Source of the DNA: Verrucomicrobiaceae bacterium
Lineage (GTDB): Bacteria; Verrucomicrobiota; Verrucomicrobiia; Verrucomicrobiales; Verrucomicrobiaceae
DNA: 64,000 nt
Assembly (NCBI GenBank): GCA_947458455.1
Contig: CANGYJ010000010.1
Span: forward strand, 53,832-117,831
Direction: 5' to 3'
Part shown: positions 57,308-64,000 of the stretch, piece by piece
Position numbering within the stretch: position 1 is the stretch's first letter
Layout: each line of letters opens with the position of its first letter
The notes under the pieces: model-generated
Told to the model about the DNA's origin: nothing
The model's input: the letters and a program-made list of their open reading frames with translations, nothing else
The model's database searches: none
Made by a program: the position numbers and the translations under genes

Positions 57308-60300
57308 GTGAACTGGCTCATCGCAGCGGACACCGGCGGCACCTTCACGGATTGCTACGCTCTCGACCCGCAAGGTCGCGAATCCCGCTGCAAAGTCCTC
57401 TCCACCGGCCATCTCCGTGCCACGCTAAGTAATCGGGGCATTCCTGCCCCGGCCGAAGGGGCCAGGAATGGCCCCGATACCACTTTCTGCCTCTCCGGCC
57501 TCCCGCCGCTCCCCAGCGGCCTTTTGCGCGGCTTTTCCATTCGCAGCCTCACGCATCCCGAATCACGCCAAATTGTCCAACACGACGAAAACGGCCACAT
57601 CACCCTCAATTCGCCTCCACCGGCCGAATGGCACGCGGCAGCACTCGTCGAGCTTTTCACAGGCGAAGAAGCTCCCGTGCTCGGCGCACGCATTTTGACC
57701 AACACACCGCCCGGAGTCGCCTTTCCGCCGATGCAGCTCCGCATCGCTACCACGCGGGCCACGAATGCCCTGCTCGAACGAAAAGGCAGCCGCATCGCCC
57801 TTTTCATCACCCAGGGCTTCGGAGACCTCCTCCACATCGGCGATCAACGCCGCGCCGATCTCTTCGCGCTGCGTCACGAGCCTCGTCCGACCTTTCACGA
57901 GCTTTCCTACGAGGTTCACGAGCGAATCAGCGTCGATGGCGAGGTGCTCACACCGCTCGATGAAGCTGCGGTGCGTGCTTCCGCGATCAGTGCCATCTCC
58001 AAAGGCATCACCACCGCCGTCATCTGCCTCATGCATGGTCACGCGCATCCCGCGCACGAGCTTCGCGTCGGTGAAGTCCTCCGCGAATGCGGCTTCACGC
58101 ATGTCGTGCTCTCGCATCAAACCGCTGCCTTCGCCAAACTGCTGCCGCGAGCCCAAAGCACCGTCGCCGATGCTTATCTGCATGGTCCGGTGCAGTCGTT
58201 TTTGAATGCCCTACGCAGCGTCTCGCCCGCCATGCAGGTCATGACCAGCGCGGGCGGCCTCAAAACCGCCGCAGACATCCGCCCGAAGGACATGCTGCTC
58301 AGCGGACCAGCCGGTGGTGCCATCGGCGCGGCCAATTTCGCTCGACGCCTCGGCTTTGATCAAATCATCACGCTCGACATGGGCGGCACCAGCACCGACG
58401 TGGCCCGCATCGCCGGTCGTCCCGGCTATCGCTTCACGCAGGAGGTCGCCGGCATGAAGCTCCTCGCGCCTTCCGTGCACATCGAAACCGTCGCCGCCGG
58501 TGGAGGCTCGATTTGCCGCAGGACGCATCACGGCCTCGCCGTCGGCCCCGAGAGCGCAGGCTCGCATCCCGGCCCCGCGTGCTACGGCAAAGGCGGCCCG
58601 CTCACCATCACCGATGTGAATTTGCTCCTCGGCCGCTTCGATCCCGCTCAAGCGCCCATTCCTCTCGATGTGAACGCTGCTCGTGAACGCCTCCGCGAGC
58701 TTCACGACGGCACTCAAAGCGAAGAAGAACTCCTCCACGCCCTGCTGCGACTCGCCGTCGAGCACATGACCGATGCCATCCGCCGCATCAGCATCGGCGA
58801 AGGCTACGATCCCGCCGGTCACGCCCTGCTCGCCTTTGGTGGCGCAGGCCCGCAGCACGCCTGCGCCGTCGCCGAGAGCCTCGGCATCCGCACCATCCTC
58901 GTGCCGCAGCATGCTGGCATCCTCAGCGCCGTCGGCCTCCAAGAGGCCATTCCCGAGCGCATCGAGGAAAAAGAATACCGCCTGCCGCTCTCGGCCTTTT
59001 TAGATCAGTCCGATCCGTCAGATCCGACCGATCCAAACACCACGCACATCGCTGAACTTCGCCTCCGCGGCCAGGACACGCCGCTTCAGGTCGAATACCA
59101 AAACGCCCACGACCTCCCGCGTCTCTACCACGAGGCCTACCAGCGCCTCTTCGGCTATCCACCGCCCGCGAATCGCGAGATCGAGCTGGTCTCCCTGAGA
59201 ACGATCACGCGTAGCGGAAAACGTGAGTTTTCCGCCGCTCCGCCCGCCGGAAGATTCACGTCTTCCTCGACGACCACCTCCCTTATCCAGGACGCCTTCT
59301 CCACTCTCGTCGTCGCTCCCGGCTGGTCCATCGAGCACCTTAATGATGTTGGCCACATCCTCCACCACTCCACCACTCCAACTCTCCACGCCTCCCTCTC
59401 CCGCGACCTCCTCCGCCACCGCTTCCACGCCATCGTGACGGACATGGGTGCCCTGCTCTGCCGCACCGCCATCTCCACGAACATCCGCGAACGCCTCGAC
59501 TTCTCCTGTGCGCTGCTTGATCCACACGGACGACTGCTTTCGAGCGCCCCGCACATCCCAGTGCATCTCGGAGCCCTCGGCGAATGCGTCCGCGCCGTCG
59601 CCAAAGCGATCACGATGGAACCCGGCGACACCATCATCACCAATCACCCGGCCTTCGGCGGCTCGCATTTGCCCGATGTCACGCTCATCACGCCGGTCTT
59701 CGATGGCACTCAACTCATCGGTTACATCGCCAATCGAGCCCACCATGCCGAGATTGGCGGCATCACGCCCGGGTCGATGCCTGCGCATGCCACGCGTTTG
59801 ATCGAAGAAGGCGTCGTCATCGCTCCACGACATCTCATTCGAGCCGGGAACTCCTGCTTCGATGAAATCAGCACCCTGCTGACGACCTCGCTGCATCCCA
59901 CGCGCAATCTCGCCGACAACCTCGCTGATCTGCACGCCCAACTCGCTGCCAATCTGCACGGCGCGGAGCGTTTGAAAGCCCTCGCAGGCGATTCGCTGCT
60001 CGAAAACATGCAAAGCATCCTCGACCGCAGCGCGGAGGTCATGCGAGCTCAAATCGAACGATTTGGCTCGAAGGCCACCGCCATCGAAAAACTCGACGAC
60101 GGTCATCAAATCGCCGTTTCGCTTGAAAAAACTGGGCGGGAATGCAATCCCGCCCTCCGCATCAACTTCACCGGCACCAGCGGCGTGCATCCGCGAAACC
60201 TGAACGCGACCACCGCCATCGTGCGCAGTGCCGTTTTGTATGTGATGCGCCTCTGGCTTCAAGAAGACCTGCCGCTCAACGAAGGCCTCATGGAGCCGCT

Positions 60301-60943
60301 GGAGATCGTTTTGCCCGTTTCGATGCTCAATCCAGCCTTCACCGGCGATGCAGCCAATGATCCCGCCGTCGTCGGCGGCAATGTCGAGGTCAGTCAGCGG
60401 CTCGTGGACACGCTGATCAAGGCGCTGGGCCTTCAGGCATGCAGCCAGGGCACGATGAACAACTTCCTCTTCGGCGGCGCCGGCTTCGGCTACTACGAAA
60501 CCATCGCCGGTGGCTCGGGAGCTGGCGATGGCCACGGCGGCGCTCATGCGCTGCACACGCACATGACGAACACCGCCATCACCGATCCCGAAATCCTCGA
60601 AAGCCGCTACCCCGTGCGTCTTCGCCAATTTGCGATCCGCCATGGCAGCGGCGGCGCAGGTCAATGGCGCGGTGGTGATGGTGTGGTGCGTGAGTTTGAG
60701 TTTTTGCAGCCGCTGACGGTCAGTTTGCTCACGCAGCATCGTGTGGAGGCTCCGTTTGGGATGCAGGAGGGACACGAAGGACAAAAAGGACGTCAGCGAC
60801 TGCTTCGCGATGGAACAGAAACTGAGCTCGAAGGCTGCACGAGCTTTGCCGTGCATGCCGGAGATCGGGTGATCCTCGAAACACCGGGCGGCGGTGGTTA
60901 CGGCAGGCAGCTGGGCACACGCTCGGGCACGGAGCGGTCGTAA
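57308..60943 (+). CDS. fused hydantoinase A/B family protein (5-oxoprolinase-like)
   Basis: 1211 aa. The N-terminal half is HyuA-like ([17 protein letters not shown]). The C-terminal half is HyuB-like ([18 protein letters not shown]). GTG start. Confidence 0.9.
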   Translation: MNWLIAADTGGTFTDCYALDPQGRESRCKVLSTGHLRATLSNRGIPAPAEGARNGPDTTFCLSGLPPLPSGLLRGFSIRSLTHPESRQIVQHDENGHITLNSPPPAEWHAAALVELFTGEEAPVLGARILTNTPPGVAFPPMQLRIATTRATNALLERKGSRIALFITQGFGDLLHIGDQRRADLFALRHEPRPTFHELSYEVHERISVDGEVLTPLDEAAVRASAISAISKGITTAVICLMHGHAHPAHELRVGEVLRECGFTHVVLSHQTAAFAKLLPRAQSTVADAYLHGPVQSFLNALRSVSPAMQVMTSAGGLKTAADIRPKDMLLSGPAGGAIGAANFARRLGFDQIITLDMGGTSTDVARIAGRPGYRFTQEVAGMKLLAPSVHIETVAAGGGSICRRTHHGLAVGPESAGSHPGPACYGKGGPLTITDVNLLLGRFDPAQAPIPLDVNAARERLRELHDGTQSEEELLHALLRLAVEHMTDAIRRISIGEGYDPAGHALLAFGGAGPQHACAVAESLGIRTILVPQHAGILSAVGLQEAIPERIEEKEYRLPLSAFLDQSDPSDPTDPNTTHIAELRLRGQDTPLQVEYQNAHDLPRLYHEAYQRLFGYPPPANREIELVSLRTITRSGKREFSAAPPAGRFTSSSTTTSLIQDAFSTLVVAPGWSIEHLNDVGHILHHSTTPTLHASLSRDLLRHRFHAIVTDMGALLCRTAISTNIRERLDFSCALLDPHGRLLSSAPHIPVHLGALGECVRAVAKAITMEPGDTIITNHPAFGGSHLPDVTLITPVFDGTQLIGYIANRAHHAEIGGITPGSMPAHATRLIEEGVVIAPRHLIRAGNSCFDEISTLLTTSLHPTRNLADNLADLHAQLAANLHGAERLKALAGDSLLENMQSILDRSAEVMRAQIERFGSKATAIEKLDDGHQIAVSLEKTGRECNPALRINFTGTSGVHPRNLNATTAIVRSAVLYVMRLWLQEDLPLNEGLMEPLEIVLPVSMLNPAFTGDAANDPAVVGGNVEVSQRLVDTLIKALGLQACSQGTMNNFLFGGAGFGYYETIAGGSGAGDGHGGAHALHTHMTNTAITDPEILESRYPVRLRQFAIRHGSGGAGQWRGGDGVVREFEFLQPLTVSLLTQHRVEAPFGMQEGHEGQKGRQRLLRDGTETELEGCTSFAVHAGDRVILETPGGGGYGRQLGTRSGTERS
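57435..57475. repeat. 40-nt palindromic (REP-like) element, copy 2, inside a CDS
   Basis: GGGGCATTCCTGCCCC-GGCCGAA-GGGGCCAGGAATGGCCCC lies in frame within the oxoprolinase-like gene and encodes ..[13 protein letters not shown].. Confidence 0.7.
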
Positions 60944-61962
60944 TCGTCGCTGCTCAGGGCATCGAGAAAGTCGAGAATCGGCTCGTGATCTTCGGGGCGC
61001 AGATCGAGATGGCTCAAAAGCGGATCAAGCGGCGGCAGCGTGGCTTTATCACCTCCATCAAGAGTCTCGGCGGCATGATCCATGAGGTGGTCGTAGAACA
61101 GCATCACCTCTTCGAGCGTTCTTTGACTGCCATCATGCAGATAGGGCGCAGTGTGGCGCAGGTTGCGCAGCGTCGGCGTGCGTAAAGGCGGCCCGGAAAG
61201 CCCGATGGCATGGGGTTTGAAATCCGACAACATCGGCCCGCCATGGCAGAGCGCACATCCCGCCCGCTGAAAGGCCTCCATGCCGCGTTGCTGCGAAGCG
61301 CTCATTGCCGTGCGATCCCCGCGCATGAAGCGATCAAACGGCGTCTCCGGCGTGATCAACGTGCGCTCAAACGCTGCGATGGCATCCGCCACCTTCTCGA
61401 CGGTGATCTTGCCGCCAAACAGCCGCACATACTCCGGCACGCCGCGAAGCCGCTCGATCATCTGCGGCACCGCCTCGGCCTCGGAGCAGCCATCACCACG
61501 CATTTCTTCGCGAGACCGGATCGGAGCCAAAACCTGCGCTTCGAGGCTTTCGACTCGGTTGTCCCAAAACATCGGCGCTTTCGCCGGTTCATGCGGCTGA
61601 TCCAGGCGCAAGCCGTTGAAGGCCGCGTTCAGGATGGAAGGTGTGTTTCGCGTCAGCGTCACAGCCTCCATCGTTTCGAGTGGCTTTCGCTCCGGACCGA
61701 GGCCAATGGCCTGCACACCGAGCGGCGTGACTCGCCCATCCGCCCAGCCAAAACGCGGATGATGGCAGGTCGCACAGGCCACCCCCTGCGTGGCGGAAAG
61801 GATCGGATCAAAAAACAGCAGGCGGCCAAGCTTTACCTTCTCCGGCGTGTCCTGCGACAGTGCGGCGGACTTTGGCAGCGCACTCAACCGCGTGTCCGGC
61901 AGGCTCTCCCCGGCCACCACACTCGTGGCAGCCAAGGTGAAAACGAGCACGCAGATTCGCAT
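60898..61962 (-). CDS. di-haem cytochrome c peroxidase (CCP/MauG family)
   Basis: Signal peptide and two CxxCH motifs (CATCHH, CALCHG), plus PTLRNLRHTAPYLHDG. Its 3' end overlaps the convergent gene by 46 nt. Confidence 0.9.
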   Translation of the reverse strand: MRICVLVFTLAATSVVAGESLPDTRLSALPKSAALSQDTPEKVKLGRLLFFDPILSATQGVACATCHHPRFGWADGRVTPLGVQAIGLGPERKPLETMEAVTLTRNTPSILNAAFNGLRLDQPHEPAKAPMFWDNRVESLEAQVLAPIRSREEMRGDGCSEAEAVPQMIERLRGVPEYVRLFGGKITVEKVADAIAAFERTLITPETPFDRFMRGDRTAMSASQQRGMEAFQRAGCALCHGGPMLSDFKPHAIGLSGPPLRTPTLRNLRHTAPYLHDGSQRTLEEVMLFYDHLMDHAAETLDGGDKATLPPLDPLLSHLDLRPEDHEPILDFLDALSSDDYDRSVPERVPSCLP

Positions 61963-61967
61963 GCGGC

Positions 61968-63077
61968 TTAATACAGCTCCACCGGCGACCTCTTGCCGTC
62001 TTCGACGCTGAGGTTTTTCGCGGCTTCCTCGCCGAGGGTATCGACGCGGAGCTGCCAGATATCGCGGTTGATGGCAGCAAAGCGGTCGAGGTCGAACTTA
62101 TCGGGAGCCACGAGGCGTTTCTTGGTCCTCTCGATGCGCACGAGAGCATCGTGAAGCGCGGGTTCTTCGACGCCTTCGAGATGCTGGCGAGCGAGTTCTA
62201 CCATTTCGACGCGGTGACAGATCATGACGAGGTCGTTTCCAGCGCGGACGGCTTCCTGGATGGCCTGCTCGAAGGTCACCTCATTCAAAATAGCGCCCAT
62301 GTCGAGGTCGTCGGTCATGGCGAGGCCGTCGAAGGCGTATTGATGCCGGAGGAGCTTCGTGACGATGTTATGAGAAAGGCTCGCGGGCCAGCGACCACGG
62401 TCGGGATCGTAGGCGGTGTAGTTGCTGTGGCAGGTCATCACGCTGTCCAGCTCCGGCAGCAGCGCGGAGTAGGGTAGCAGTTCGCTCTTCTCCATCTCCT
62501 CGCGGCTCTTCGTGATGACGGGCAGGAATTCATGCGGATCACACTCGGCAGGACCGTAGCCCGGAAAGTGCTTGCCGCAGCTGAGGATGCCTTCTTTGCG
62601 CATCGCACGGTTGAAGAGCCCGGCGTTCGTGATGACCTGCTGCGGATCTTTGCCGTAGGTGCGGCCTTTGAGAGAATTGTCCGCCGCGTCGTCGTAGCTG
62701 ATGTCGAGCACGGGACAGAGATCGAGATTGAAGCCGAACTGCCGCAGCACCTGGCCGGTGAGTTTGCCGTGGCGTTTGATGAGCTCAGGATCACCTTTGT
62801 CGCGCAGCGATTGCGCATTCGGCGGCTCCTCGCCGATCAAACGCAGCCGTGAAACGCGTCCGCCTTCTTGGTCGATGGTAATAAATGGCTCGATGTCCGA
62901 GAGGTCGCGCAGGTCATCGATGAGTTTGCGGAGCTGAGCCGGACTTTGGATGTTCCGGCCGAACAAAATAAAGCCGCCGGGCTGGAGCTTTTTGAGGCGG
63001 GCGGCGGTTTCGGCGTCGAGTTCGGCGCCGGGGACGCCCATAAGAAGGAGCTGGCCGAGGAGGTTGGAGGAGGGCAT
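61968..63077 (-). CDS. nagZ: beta-N-acetylhexosaminidase (GH3)
   Basis: GGFILFGRNI, ITIDQEGGRVSRL and KHFPGYG motifs. Start taken as MPSSNLLGQLLLMGV. Confidence 0.9.
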   Translation of the reverse strand: MPSSNLLGQLLLMGVPGAELDAETAARLKKLQPGGFILFGRNIQSPAQLRKLIDDLRDLSDIEPFITIDQEGGRVSRLRLIGEEPPNAQSLRDKGDPELIKRHGKLTGQVLRQFGFNLDLCPVLDISYDDAADNSLKGRTYGKDPQQVITNAGLFNRAMRKEGILSCGKHFPGYGPAECDPHEFLPVITKSREEMEKSELLPYSALLPELDSVMTCHSNYTAYDPDRGRWPASLSHNIVTKLLRHQYAFDGLAMTDDLDMGAILNEVTFEQAIQEAVRAGNDLVMICHRVEMVELARQHLEGVEEPALHDALVRIERTKKRLVAPDKFDLDRFAAINRDIWQLRVDTLGEEAAKNLSVEDGKRSPVELY

Positions 63078-63278
63078 GACGGGTATTTGGGTGATTTTGG
63101 AGCCTATTTGGCGCAATTCGAAAGACTGTTCAGACGTATAGCAATGGGGCGAAATGCTGATTTTTCGGGCCGGAGGGGTGTCAAGGCTCGTTTTGCTAAA
63201 AGATTGATAAAAAACGAGAGGTTGAAGCTCTCAAACTTGCGACTCAGGGGTTCTTTTTGGAAAACAAGGCCACGCCGG

Positions 63279-63307
63279 TTGACGAGTGCGGCAAAAGTTT
63301 TTAATCT
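63279..63307 (+). promoter_or_regulatory. sigma70-like promoter candidate
   Basis: TTGACG (63279-63284), a 17-nt spacer, then TAATCT (63302-63307), in a 457-bp intergenic region of low GC. Confidence 0.3.
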
Positions 63308-63313
63308 ACTCAT

Positions 63314-63449
63314 GTCTTCGAGGGCAACCTCGGGACCACGTTTGCAGCTTTCCTCAGCTCCGCATTTCGTGCCAACGGTCCTCATTCGTTGTTGGTTGCT
63401 GGATCGCCATGGAACCCTCCGGTGGAAACACCGGAGGGTTCTTCGTTTC
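63314..63449 (+). ncRNA. candidate small RNA (~135 nt) antisense to the trpE-nagZ spacer
   Basis: Bounded by the promoter-like element and a strong hairpin terminator. The only ORF in it runs through the terminator and looks non-coding. Confidence 0.25.
63412..63449 (+). terminator. intrinsic terminator hairpin
   Basis: GAACCCTCCGGTG-GAAA-CACCGGAGGGTTC is a perfect 13-bp stem, followed by TTCGTTTC on the plus strand. No U-tract follows on the minus strand. Confidence 0.5.
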
Positions 63450-63534
63450 AAGAACTCAAGCTCACGAAGTCCAATGCAAAGCTCGTTGTGCATGACTCTG
63501 TGAATAGATTGTGAGTTGGTTGTGGATGACTCGA

Positions 63535-64000
63535 TCAACTCTCGCCGAGCTGCTTCGCCCACTCGATGGCTCGCAGCATGCCGGTGGCCTTGTTCACCGT
63601 CTCGCGATACTCATACGCCGGATCTGAATCGGCGACGACACCCGCGCCAGCCTGCACGAAGGCTTTGCCATCCTTCACCACGCAGGTGCGCAGCGCGATG
63701 CAGCTATCGAGATTCCCGTCGAAGCCGAAATAGCCAACCGCACCGGCATAGGCGCAGCGCTTGCTCTTCTCGCACTCATTGATGATTTCCATGGCGCGGA
63801 CCTTCGGTGAGCCGCTCACCGTTCCGGCGGGGAACGTGGCACGCATCACATCGTAAGCCGATTTGTCCGGTCGGAGGCGGCCATCGACGTTCGAGACGAT
63901 GTGCATGACGTGCGAGTAGCGCTCGATGACCATCAGATCGCTCACGCGCACGCTGCCATACTCGGCCACGCGGCCCACGTCGTTGCGAGCGAGATCGACG
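63535..64000 (-). CDS. trpE: anthranilate synthase component I, C-terminal part (5' end outside window)
   Basis: ...[16 protein letters not shown]..., [18 protein letters not shown] and [22 protein letters not shown]. The frame is open to the window edge. Confidence 0.95.
   Translation of the reverse strand, partial: VDLARNDVGRVAEYGSVRVSDLMVIERYSHVMHIVSNVDGRLRPDKSAYDVMRATFPAGTVSGSPKVRAMEIINECEKSKRCAYAGAVGYFGFDGNLDSCIALRTCVVKDGKAFVQAGAGVVADSDPAYEYRETVNKATGMLRAIEWAKQLGES

Noticed and set aside
60898-60943. 46-nt overlap of the convergent oxoprolinase-like and peroxidase genes as a sign of mis-assembly or a fused element
   Set aside because: Both ORFs have family-typical C-termini up to their stops. 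Convergent 3' overlaps of this size occur naturally.

Overview
High-GC (~60%) chromosomal window with a PVC/Verrucomicrobia character: DUF1549/DUF1553+DUF1501 and DUF1800+DUF1501 gene pairs, planctomycete-type cytochrome c domains, and GGACTGCGGCAGCCTGCTGCCGC-type palindromic repeats. I can support about 48 protein-coding genes, one tRNA-Phe(GAA), several repeat families and a few regulatory candidates. Housekeeping genes are polA, acpP, purA, purM, nagZ, trpE (partial) and a fused hydantoinase/oxoprolinase. Main observations: (1) A 1065-aa single-polypeptide nitric-oxide synthase with the order 2x cNMP-binding, BFD-like [2Fe-2S], FNR-like reductase, NOS oxygenase. It sits between a cytochrome c gene tail and a decayed copy of that same tail. 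(2) A ~14-kb stress-type neighbourhood downstream of tRNA-Phe (dodecin, DUF2934, LEA-like lipoprotein, DUF3309, YihY, P-type ATPase, aeRF1-like protein, Dps, ADH). Nearly every transcription unit there is preceded by the same palindromic box, GGGGT-N4-ACCCCATGG(CG), which I did not find elsewhere in the window. (3) A two-component operon led by a truncated, His-less paralogue of its own kinase. (4) About 177-bp MITE-like elements bracketing genes. (5) A copper-type cluster (MbnP-MbnH fusion plus an HMBD-like protein) flanked by paralogous pseudopilin-like genes. (6) A 2581-aa PA14/Calx-beta/CHRD/DUF1800 fusion protein. No CRISPR array, rRNA, transposase or integrase gene was seen. All functional calls come from motif recognition by eye; no database search was possible.
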